Source of the DNA: an uncultured delta proteobacterium
GTDB lineage: Bacteria; Desulfobacterota; Desulfobacteria; Desulfobacterales; JAFDCJ01
Length of the DNA: 64,000 nucleotides
Direction of reading: 5' to 3'
NCBI GenBank assembly: GCA_963821065.1
Contig: CAWGCM010000011.1
Location: forward strand, 112,992-176,991
Below the pieces are notes generated by a model, which saw nothing but the letters and a program-made list of their open reading frames with translations, was not told where the DNA came from and ran no database searches. The position numbers and the translations under genes are program-made. This document shows positions 48,805-58,317 of the stretch, in pieces. How positions within the stretch are numbered: position 1 is the stretch's first letter; every line of letters begins with the position of its first letter.

Positions 48805-51800
48805 ATGAAATGCCCGAAGTGTCAGTTTGAGAATCGTGAAGGGGTGAAGTTCTGTGAAGAATGTGGCGCTAAGATTGAGTTAGTATGCCCTGCATGTAAA
48901 GCCAATATTCCTCTTGAGAGAAAATTCTGCGGTGAATGTGGCTATGATTTTAGCAAATCCTCAGAAACTGTCGCCCTCAAAGAAAAGCGAACAAGACTCC
49001 CAGATATTTGAATCGCCTCTCGAAGAGACCATACCAACACACATTTCAGCTGAAGGTGAACGAAAGCATGTGACTGTCCTTTTCTCTGATCTTACCGGAT
49101 ATACGGCCATGTCCGAAAAACTGGACCCGGAAGAGGTCAAAGAGATCACCAGCCGGATTTTTGGCGAAGTTTCCAAAATTGTGGCCAAATACGATGGATT
49201 CATCGAAAAGTATGCCGGTGATGCGGTGATGGCAATATTCGGAGTGCCCCAGGCCCATGAGGATGATCCAATCAGGGCTATCAAAGCTGCCCGTGAAATC
49301 CATCAGCTGGTGGATGCGATCAGCCCAGAGGTCGAAAAGAGGATAGGACAACCCATTTCGATGCACACAGGCATCAATACCGGTCTGGTGGTAACCGGTG
49401 AAGTGGACATGGAGAGAGGAACGCATGGCGTGGCCGGGGACACCATCAATCTCGCCTCACGCCTGAGCAATATGGCAAGCCCGGGGGAAATTCTGGTCGA
49501 TGTGGATACCTGCCATCAGGTTGAGGGACAATTTGCATGTGAATACATGGATACAACCTCCGTCAAGGGCAAAGCCGATCCTGTCCAGGTTCATAAAGTA
49601 TTATCTCAAAGGGATAAACCGGTTACCATCCGTCGGCTCTCCGGAATGAGAGCGGACCTGGTCGGCCGAGATGTGGAGATGGCCGAACTGTCCGAAGCGG
49701 TCGATAATATGCGGCAAGGCAAAGGTCGGATTTTTTCGATCTGCGGGGCTGCCGGTACAGGTAAAAGCAGATTGGTTGAGGAGTTCAAGGTCGGACTTGA
49801 TCTTGATCAGATTCAATGGATAGAAGGACATGCTTATGCATATTCTCAAGACATACCCTATTTTCCTCTGGTTGACCTTTTAAATCGATTGCTGCACATT
49901 GAGGAAAACGATTCCACTGAAAAAGTGAGGGAAAAAGTCGAGTCCGGGCTTGAATCTCTTATCGGAAAGCAGGAAGATATCATCCCTTATGTGGGTGGTC
50001 TTTACTCGTTGAGTTACCCTGAGATAAACGATGTCAGTCCCGAGTTCTGGAAATCTCGTCTGCAAGCGGCAATCCTGGAGATTCTTGAAGCTGTGGCCAA
50101 AAGAGCGCCGACCGTCTTCTTTCTGGAGGATTTGCACTGGGCCGATCCCTCCTTTGTGGATTTTTTGCGACGTGCATGTTTTGAGATCCGACAACCTGCC
50201 ATTGTGCTGTGTACGTACCGACCAACCTTCAGTCTTTTCACGGGCAATCAGGTAAGCAATATCGGCAAATATTATCATGATATTCAGCTGCAAAATCTGT
50301 CACTTTCAGTCGCCCAAAATATGCTTGCATCACTGCTTAAAACCGAAACCATCCCCCCCGATCTGAAGCGCTGGGTTCAGAGCAAAGCCGAGGGAAATCC
50401 TTTTTACCTGGAAGAGCTGGTCAACTCCTTGATCGAATCCGACACGCTGAGCCGGGATAACGGCAGCTGGAAACTCACCCGTTCCCTTGCCGAATCGGAT
50501 ATCCCCTCCTCGCTGCATGGACTAATTACCGGCAGGCTCGACCGGCTGGACAACCAGACCAAGCGCATTCTGCAAAAGGCGTCTGTGATCGGCCGGGATT
50601 TTCTTTACGAAATTTTAAAAAGAGTAACAGAGTTTGAAGAGCGCATCGATAGGGAACTCAGCCAGTTGGAGCGGCTCGACCTGATCAGAACCCGCTCTTT
50701 GCAACCGGATATAGAGTATATGTTCAAGCATGCCCTGACCCAGGAGATCGTCTACAACGGTCTGCTTAAAAAACAGCGCCGGGAAATCCATGAACAAATT
50801 GCACGGGTAATCGAAAGTGTCTTCAAGGACAGGCTGGCGGAATTCAACGAGACCTTGGCCTATCATTTTGCCAGAGGTCAATCGGTTACCAAGGCGGTCG
50901 ATTACTTGGTAAAATCGGGGGAAAAGAGTCTGGCAAGATATGCGGTGGAAGAAGCCAATCAGTACTTCAAAAAAGCTTATAAAATCCTGGCATCAAAAGA
51001 AGAGTTGTCTGAAGCAGAAAAAACTATCCTTATCAACATTTTAAACAGCTGGGGCTACGCCTTCTATTATCTCGGCGATTTTAGGGAATGCATCGATATT
51101 TTCACGTCTCATCAGGATATGGCAGAGTCCCTGCAAGACAAGGCAAAAGCTGGGATGTTCTATGTGTGGTTCGGTACTGCCCATTATATGGCAGGAATAC
51201 CAAAGGACGGCTATGAATACCTGTGCAAAGCCCTAAAACTCGGACAGAGTGCCGGTGATCAAAGAGTGGTGGGCTATGCCTGCACCTGGCTGCCATGGGC
51301 CTGTGCAGAACTGGGGCTTTTTGATGAAGGAATTGGTTATGGCGAGAGGGCCCAGGAGATAGCCATGTCGTATCCTTCCGATCAATATCTTTATTTTAAA
51401 TCCCTTGGTGGGCTATGCTTAATCTATTATTTCAAAGGAGATACGCGCAAGGTTTTCGAGGGCACGAAACGTCTATTAGACTACGGTGAAAGAAAATCCA
51501 ACAGCAGGAGCAAGGTGATTGGGCATTGGTTGGAAGCTTTTGGTCATCAGGCTACGGGAGATTTTAAGTCAGCGCAAAAGAGTGGTGAAAGAGCTATGGA
51601 AGTTGCGTTGGACCCTTTCTATGAGAGCTTTCCAAATTTTTCATTAGGCGTAGCTTATTTTTTCAACGGCCAACTTCAGAAAGCTGAAGATGCTCTTCAA
51701 TCCTGCATAAAATTTGGTGAGAAGCACGGTGAGGGGCAAATCTCTTTAATATGCCAGTGTTTTCTGGCTCCAATCTTGATTGCCAGAGGACAGATGCAGC

Positions 51801-52210
51801 ACGGGACCAAACTGCTGGAAGATGCGCAAAAGGCCCTGATTAGAAATCAGAGGAGATGGAGCTATGCCTTATCTGAGTTTATTCTTGGTGAAGTGAAATC
51901 ACAAATAGCCACAAGCCCAAAACCTTCTTTATCGATTATGGCCAAAAACATCGGTTTTTTGGCAAAAACTGTGCCGTTTGCGACCAAGAATGCCGAGCAG
52001 CACTTTAAAAAGGCGATTAAAATATATAAAGAATTGGGGGGGAAAGGCCAGCTTGGAATGGTTTATCTGAGCTTGGGTCTTCTACACAAATCGACTAAGA
52101 AAACCGACCAAGCTAGGCAATGCATCTTGGAGGCTATTGATCTATTTAAGGAATGTGAGGCTGATGGCTGGCTTAAACAAGCAAAGGAGGCACTTGTTTC
52201 TTTAGTATAA
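48805..52210 (+). pseudogene. Double zinc-ribbon, class III adenylate/guanylate cyclase, AAA/STAND ATPase, TPR protein with one +1 frame lesion near the N-terminus
   Basis: MKCPKCQFEN..CPACKANI..CGECGYDF (48805-) joins the 1098-aa frame (ERKHVTVLFSDLTGYT..AGDAVMAIFG; Walker A GAAGTGKSRL; TPR-like C-terminus). Length 3406-1 is divisible by 3. The lesion lies between 48914 and 49011. Confidence 0.8.
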
Positions 52211-52327
52211 AAGCCGCTTTGTCATTTTAAGTAGAAATCAATATGTTGTGGTTTCTACTATTGTGCCAAAATTGATGATACCTATTATGTATCAAAGGTC
52301 CCGACGCAGTTTCAAAACTTGCACTAT

Positions 52328-52477
52328 CTCCAACGTATCACTATCCTAGCGTAATAATTCAATATTGTGATATCGTTATCATATCGCAGGTGTAAAATTA
52401 CGCCACCGAATTTACTTTCAGAGATTGTATATTGGGTATACGAAACCCACATTTTGGCTGAATTGTGGATTGCGGCT
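52328..52477. repeat. 150-nt repeat X1, near-identical to 62267-62416
   Basis: By eye, 148 of 150 positions are identical; the two differences lie in ..CCCACATTTTGG.. versus ..CCCACACTTCGG... Contains TTGTGATATCG and GTATACGAAACCCA. Confidence 0.9.
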
Positions 52478-52553
52478 ATAAACCAATCATCGCAATAAAT
52501 TGCACCTTCCGTTCACTGATCCTAAATTTTTCCCGTGTCATTAAAGATTCGAT

Positions 52554-52695
52554 GCAGGCACGAAGTCCAACAAAAATATTAGCTGAAAAAAGTGTATATT
52601 CGCCATGGCTAATCTGCAAAATTATAAGCGAGTGAAAATTCGGATGGACGATATGATATCACAACAATTTTTTAGGCTTTCAAATCTTTGCTAAG
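52554..52695. repeat. Direct repeat R2, partner of 45588-45739
   Basis: See R1. Contains the same short ORF start (MANLQNYKRVKIR.DDMISQQFFR). Confidence 0.8.
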
Positions 52696-52739
52696 TTTAC
52701 AGTATCTGTACTTTTAAGATGACAAATTTTTTACAGATA

Positions 52740-52832
52740 TCATCTTTCTGCCAGATGGGTTTTAAGCGTATGCCGAAAGCTGTGGAAGGTCTTCTTCCCC
52801 GGTTTCCCTAATGGGTTGTCTGGGGTTCCATC
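52740..52832 (-). pseudogene. Tyrosine recombinase/integrase remnant (box II region only)
   Basis: C-terminal ..GKKTFHSFRHTLKTHLAER* resembles the HxxRHT box. There is no catalytic Tyr region or N-terminal domain, and the rest of the 178-aa ORF is antisense to an NfeD-like fragment. Confidence 0.4.
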
Positions 52833-52916
52833 GCTATCTGGGTTGGTAAAGATGTGATCCTCTTTCCTTTGGTCCGGAAGGCTTACGACTGGGATCGTCC
52901 GCAGGGCACAAACGCC

Positions 52917-53070
52917 ATGGTTGACGAGCGAGGTATTGCAAAAGAACGGTTGGCTCCCTCGGTGTATGTCCAGATCCGCGGAGAATTGTGGAGGGCTGAG
53001 TTGGTGGAAGGGAGTCCGCCAATTGAGAAAGGAGAACGTGTTCAGGTTGAAGGAGATATTCTGGTTCTTC
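52917..53070 (+). pseudogene. NfeD-family C-terminal (OB-fold) fragment
   Basis: ERGIAKERLAPSVYVQIRGELWRAELVEGSPPIEKGERVQVEG matches the NfeD C-terminal pattern G.V.V.GE.W.A....I..G..V.V. There is no membrane N-terminal part. Confidence 0.5.
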
Positions 53071-53630
53071 TGAGCATGACCCTTGCCCTTGGTGCCATTG
53101 TAAAAGGCACCATTTGCTTCAAGGATGTGGTGGATGCGTTCGCGAAAGGTTGTTACAAACCTTGCCCCCGTGCCTTCAAAAAACATGCTTCCTCTCGAAA
53201 ACCCCTCATTGATTTTGGTTAGCTCTTTGATAGAGATGCTTTTGGTCTCGAGATCTGCCGGACAGGTTACCTTCAACGAAAGTACCTGTCACCGGCAGCC
53301 TGGGCTTTTCTTCGATTGGTTGAAAAACAAAAAAAGATCCTGGCTCCACCAAAATAATCATCTGGATTTATTTAACGGCTCATCAGGCTAAAAACTGTAT
53401 CGGCCAATCTTTTGAATACGATACGATCAAATCCAGAAACAGTTCCCTTGACCAAATTTGAGAATCTGACTATAATAAATTTCTTGAGTTGCCTCCTTCT
53501 GTGTGGTGGTTGTTTTCATACTTTCATTTATGACAAATGGGACGGTTCATGTCATCTATAAGTTGGGTTTCGACATAGCCCGCTTTGGTAGTTTAATATT
53601 GAATTAATTACTTAGAAAAGGAGAGTTAAA

Positions 53631-53840
53631 ATGGCTGACCCAAAAAATATGTATCAATGCCAAGTGCACAATTGCGGATATGTTTATGACCCTGACAAAG
53701 GCGAACCAAAGACAAATACCCCTCCGGGGACAGCTTTTAAAGATCTTCCGGATGATTGGGAATGTCCCTTCTGCGGATCATCAAAAAAAACCTTTAGACC
53801 TTTAGCAGGACCGGGGTCAACATTAGCTGAGAGCACATAA
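53631..53840 (+). CDS. Rubredoxin with CX4C first motif
   Basis: [43 protein letters not shown]. Confidence 0.85.
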   Translation: MADPKNMYQCQVHNCGYVYDPDKGEPKTNTPPGTAFKDLPDDWECPFCGSSKKTFRPLAGPGSTLAEST

Positions 53841-53881
53841 TAATTAAAATACTGACCTGCCCCCAGTTTTAGTGCCACTTG

Positions 53882-54062
53882 TTAAGTTAGACCCCAGAGC
53901 ATATTGTCCCTATTTGATGTAAACCAAAAAGGTTCAAAGGTTAAAGGCTGAACCGCCTCTGGTGCTGGTGTCCGATAACCAAGACTGCTGTGCGGTCTGA
54001 CGGTATTGTAGACGCGGCAGTGGGCGGTACTAACAAGGCAATCAGGTATGGATCCATTTTGT
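53882..54062 (-). pseudogene. rve/IS3-IS481-type transposase C-terminal remnant
   Basis: The minus strand reads ..CRVYNTVRPHSSLGYRTPAPEAVQP..*. Only about 60 codons remain after an upstream stop. Confidence 0.6.
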
Positions 54063-54350
54063 CAAGCTGCTTCAGAATGAAAAGCTGCAAAACAAATCTG
54101 ATGATCTGCTTTCGAAAATTAGATGATTAGTTGTGCTCAATCTGCACCTCCGCCACTGATGAGGACATCTGAACCCCGATCTGTATGAGGAACTTCAGGC
54201 TGATTTCCCCACAAATGAGTGGAGCCAGCGAGGATATCTTTACCGCCTGTTGTAGACCCAAAAAGGGGATGCTTACCTTCACTGCTTCCCCTGATCAAAT
54301 TCCTGAAAACTCATCAAAACCCTTTAAATCTTTTCTAAATAGGAGGGAAA

Positions 54351-54575
54351 ATGGGGAAACAAAATGTCACTATCTTTCGACTTTACCCGTTTAAAGTTGG
54401 GCAGAAAATTTATATTGAAGATGGGCCCCGCCATGGTGACTGGGAAGTTATGGATGTGACCGAACGGAAATTAAAGTTGCGTTGCCCCATTTCGAATCGC
54501 GAAGTTGAGTGGAACCGGTTTTGCTATTTTATGGAAGAGGCCGATAATAGTCCATGGCCCCATCGCGATGAATAG
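54351..54575 (+). CDS. Hypothetical small protein (74 aa)
   Basis: RBS AGGAGGG. Contains GDWEVMDVTERKLKLRCPISNREVEWNRFCYF. No family name recalled. Confidence 0.5.
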   Translation: MGKQNVTIFRLYPFKVGQKIYIEDGPRHGDWEVMDVTERKLKLRCPISNREVEWNRFCYFMEEADNSPWPHRDE

Positions 54576-54594
54576 TATTTTTAGGATGACTTTG

Positions 54595-55071
54595 ATGAAA
54601 AAAAAAGACTACAGAAAACGTATATACTGCTTTTATCGGAGAGGCAAAGGCTTATTTCAGACTGGTGGCATACGCTGAAAAGGCTGAAGAGGAAAAGGTT
54701 CCATAAATTGTGCCCTATTGTTTCGTGCAATAGCCGATGCGGAGAGGGTGCATGCTACTCGTCATTTAAGCTTGGTTGAAGATATATTAGTTAAAGATAC
54801 TGACACGAATTTAGAGAAATACTTTCAATGTGAAAAATCAATCAGTGAAATTGTATATCCTGACTTCATAAAAGATGCTGAACAAGATGGTGTGGAAACT
54901 GCAGCACTTGTATTCAGTCAGGCCAGAGATGCTGAAACCTTCCACGTAAAATTATATGAACAAATAAAGGAAGCTGAAGGACTGCTAAATAATAGACCCA
55001 TTCAATCGCAAGATCATGAAAATTGGAATAACACCACTCGGGAATATTTGATAAAGTGCCGCAGATGTTGA
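54595..55071 (+). pseudogene. Rubrerythrin/ferritin-like protein with two compensating frame lesions in A-runs
   Basis: ATG followed by A9 (54598-54606). Then TTENVYTAFIGEAKAYFRLVAYAEKAEEEK reads in frame +1, and the sequence returns to the start frame at GAAAAGG (GSINCALLFRAIADAERVHATRHL...). The total of 477 nt is divisible by 3. Confidence 0.65.
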
Positions 55072-55074
55072 AGC

Positions 55075-55305
55075 TTAGAGGAATTGCCCAAACTCTATGC
55101 CGAGTCCGATACATTGTTTGTCTTCCATGCACAGAGCCGCATCTTCATCTTCCAAATAGTGCTTAATCCGGTGTCCTTCCTTTTTAAAATTGACTTTCCA
55201 GACATTTCTTTCACTGTCCCACACAACTTTCAAATCCTTATCACATTCTCCTATTTCTGGGTAAATTTCATTTATCTTATTGCAAAGCGCTGTTTTTTCG
55301 TACAT
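55075..55305 (-). CDS. Hypothetical Cys-containing protein (76 aa)
   Basis: Clean ORF convergent with the rubrerythrin gene. No family recognised. Confidence 0.35.
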   Translation of the reverse strand: MYEKTALCNKINEIYPEIGECDKDLKVVWDSERNVWKVNFKKEGHRIKHYLEDEDAALCMEDKQCIGLGIEFGQFL

Positions 55306-55874
55306 GGTAAACCTCCTTTGAGGAAGGCTGTTTTTTTATCGAACCAGGATGTTTAAATTTATGACCCCAGTGGATAAATGTCGCATCCATAAGTTAAAAA
55401 TTTCCGGCCTTTTCTCCTGTTATAACAATATAGTGGCTTTTAATTAAAATTTAATCACGATTGTTATAAGGATTTGAAAGGATTATTCATTTTTGATATC
55501 TGATTCTGAATACCAACATGTAGCCAAAAATTGGTTTTCCCTCCTTTTCGGCCGGAAGAACCCATGCCATGCCGACTCTACCTGGAAATTTATAAACACC
55601 GCTGTTTCAGAAGTTGATGATATTCCTAAATATATCGATCATCACGTATTGAGTGATTCACTTTCATCGCTATTAGTTGTGGATTAATTTGACTGACAAT
55701 AAATGGTAATTATTTTAGTGGAGTCAGGTATGTTGACCTGAACCAACAGGTAGTTTTCCTTTAGTACCTCAAACGTGATTGATGAATCCTGTGCATGATC
55801 AACGAACTAAGAGTTGTCTGCATCACAATGCTACCCAGAAGGAAAAAGATGCGGAATAATGATGAGGTGAAAAC

Positions 55875-56024
55875 ATGGACAAAAAAGATAAAAAGAAAAA
55901 AAGCGATAAGTCTGCAGCAAAATTTTGCTGTTATCATGTCGTAGACAGTTGCGGTTGTGTTGTCGGAACATACTGCTGTGACGGCCCGGACATGTCGAAG
56001 TGCCGATTTGAAAGTTGCTGCTGA
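55875..56024 (+). CDS. Cys-rich 49-aa peptide (not in the ORF track)
   Basis: RBS GAGGTGA 5 nt upstream of the ATG. Sequence MDKKDKKKKSDKSAAKFCCYHVVDSCGCVVGTYCCDGPDMSKCRFESCC* has 9 Cys in the last 33 residues. Confidence 0.4.
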   Translation: MDKKDKKKKSDKSAAKFCCYHVVDSCGCVVGTYCCDGPDMSKCRFESCC

Positions 56025-56270
56025 CAAAAAATGCTTTTAGTGATAGATATAGCAAAAAACCAGATGTAATTCCCGGTCTTTTTGTTTAAACAGGAAGGAA
56101 AAATTTCAAAGAAAGACTTGGGCTCAATGCTAATTACAGAGAGCCGGTTTCAAAATCGTGTCACAAATTATTTGCCGAGTAGAGGACCATCTTTACCTAT
56201 TGATTGTCTAAACTGATCATCTAACAAACCTCGTAAAATTAAATGCCAAACTCAATATTTGGAAGGTAAT

Positions 56271-56579
56271 ATGGCTATCGAAGTCTTAATTAAAAGGAAG
56301 ATAAAGCAAGGCGGTAATGCAAAAATATTGGTTCCTTTAATCTTGCAGATTCGAGCACTTGCGCTGCGCCAACCCGGATATATTTCCGGTAAGACCTTAT
56401 GTGATTTAGAAAATCCCGGCGATTGTTTGGTAATCAGTATATGGGAAACTGTAAATGCCTGGAATAGATGGAAACAGAATAAAGCAAGAGCCCGTATTGA
56501 GAGTAAAATTGAAGCTTTAACTGGTGAGGAAACCCTCTACAAAACTTATGCGCCGATGACTGCAAGTCAGACTGATTGA
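56271..56579 (+). CDS. Antibiotic-biosynthesis-monooxygenase (ABM) domain protein
   Basis: MAIEVLIKRKIK..GYISGKTL..LVISIWETVNAWNRW is the pattern of a ferredoxin-like ABM fold. Confidence 0.7.
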   Translation: MAIEVLIKRKIKQGGNAKILVPLILQIRALALRQPGYISGKTLCDLENPGDCLVISIWETVNAWNRWKQNKARARIESKIEALTGEETLYKTYAPMTASQTD

Positions 56580-56686
56580 TAATTATTTTAGAGAAATGAA
56601 ATCCTTATTATAATCCTCATTCGTGCTGATAATTGAACGAGAGTGTCACACAGAAAATCAAAGATTCTGAAATAGAAAGATTCAAA

Positions 56687-57070
56687 ATGCCAAATAACAA
56701 ATCAACGCTATTTGAACGAATCGGCGGTAAGCAATTGATCGCTGAGGTTGTGGATGACTTTTATGATCGTATATTGGCCGACCCTGAACTGAAGCCGTTT
56801 TTTAGAAATACCTCTATTGATAAGCAGCGTAGCATGCAACGAGAGTTCTTTGGTGCGGCTCTTGATGGCCCTATCACTTATACGGGTAAACCCCTTAGTC
56901 ATGTCCACCATGGCAGAGGTATAACTAAACACCACCTTACTCTTTTCGTTAACCATCTCCTTGATACACTTCGAGATCGCGGAATTAACGACCAAGACGT
57001 TACTGATATAATCAACAGAATTAGTACTTACGCTAACGAAATCACTGGAGATATTAGTTCGGCCGGTTAA
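56687..57070 (+). CDS. Group 1 truncated hemoglobin (trHbN)
   Basis: STLFERIGGKQLIAEVVDDFYDRILADPELKPFF..QREFFGAALDGP..YTGKPL..HHGRGIT. Confidence 0.85.
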   Translation: MPNNKSTLFERIGGKQLIAEVVDDFYDRILADPELKPFFRNTSIDKQRSMQREFFGAALDGPITYTGKPLSHVHHGRGITKHHLTLFVNHLLDTLRDRGINDQDVTDIINRISTYANEITGDISSAG

Positions 57071-57327
57071 ATAGTAAATAATTGATGGTAAAAATATCAA
57101 GAGCGATTCATGTTGCTTCCTGCAATAAATCAGCCCTTTCAAAATTCCAGATTACTCCACAACAGATTTTCGAAGCTTGAAAATTTTTGTGATATCGTCA
57201 AAAAAATATATCAACAAGAAGAATTGGACTATTGATTTTGACCCGACCTTGCTGTCCCTTTGCTAACCAGTTTCTTATCGACGATAATCACGTTTTTTAA
57301 AAAGATCCTTTTTAACGGAGCACGAAT

Positions 57328-57759
57328 ATGAAAAAGGCTAATTGGCTCATAAGGACGTTGCTGATTTATTTTTTTTCTATAGGCTTTACAGCATTTTTAT
57401 CGGTACAGGCATATGGTCAAGTTATTAAAATCACAATCAATCAGCTATTGGAATCATTAGACCATCCCCAATTGCTACTCTTGGACGTACGGACTCCTGG
57501 AAGTTGGCAGGCCAGCGATAGCAAAATTAAGGGAGCGGTTAGAAAAAATCCCGATACTTTCGATTCTTGGGCTAATGGTTTACCCAAAAACAAGTACCTG
57601 GTGCTATACTGAGAGTGACCCAACGAAGAAACCAGTGCCAGGCTGGCACAAAAACTTCACAAAAAGGGTCACCCAAAAGTGCACGTAATATTAGGTGGAT
57701 GGCAAGAATGGCAAAAGGCAGGATTTCCAACCGAGAAAAAATCGCCTCTTCTTTTATGA
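57328..57759 (+). CDS. Secreted/periplasmic rhodanese-domain protein with two in-frame UGA codons (putative U-E-U selenoprotein)
   Basis: Signal peptide. The single frame reads ..LLLLDVRTPGSW..KNKYLVLY-TGA-GAG-TGA-PNEETSARLAQKLHKKGHPKVHVILGGWQEWQKAGFPTEKK.. and stays open to 57759 (144 codons including the stop). Confidence 0.7.
57635..57649 (+). promoter_or_regulatory. SECIS-like hairpin after the rhodanese UGAs
   Basis: GUGCC-AGGCU-GGCAC. The loop GG lies 23-24 nt after the second UGA and 29-30 nt after the first. Confidence 0.45.
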
Positions 57760-58317
57760 TCTCGATTTGCTCTTCAACATAAGTTAATCGAAAACCGATA
57801 ACAGCCACATGGACAAGTATGGTGAACCGAGGGTCTCCGGGAACTATGGATGGAGGCACGAAACCCATCAAAAATAAAGACTCAAAAAAGTGTCTATTTG
57901 TCATTGAGAAATCTGTAAAGAGCATACTATGGATTTTTCCAAGCAAGGTCGAAGTTGCCTAAAAGCTTTTCAAATAAGACATGGCACACTTTGGGGGTTG
58001 CCCAGAGTCTGGGAGTTTCCATACCCCCATTACAGATGGAGTCAAGAATCAAGATAGAGCTTAGCGTATATTTATGTAACAAATCATCGTGGCACCCCAA
58101 TCTGTGTAAGTATTTCATAGCTTAAACGACCAAATAGGTTATAAATGGTAATGGAAACAAATTGAGAAAAAGAGTCGGATGGGGGCGCTCACTACTTTGA
58201 CACGAACCCCAGAAATAGGAATCATCGGTAAGGCTGGATAATATACTCCAAGAGTATTAGGAGCTTAACATTTTGGTGAAAAAAAGGAAATTCAAGCCCA
58301 TAATAAAGAGGTAAGGT

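Noticed and set aside
52740-53276. A 178-aa minus-strand ORF considered as an intact gene.
   Set aside because: Only its last ~25 residues resemble anything (integrase box II). Its middle is the antisense of an NfeD-like OB-fold fragment encoded on the plus strand. It is best explained as a chance ORF across two gene remnants.
57572-57946. A 124-aa minus-strand ORF overlapping the 3' part of the rhodanese gene.
   Set aside because: It only appears because the rhodanese was truncated at its first UGA in the ORF track. Once the UGAs are read through, the region is explained by the plus-strand gene.
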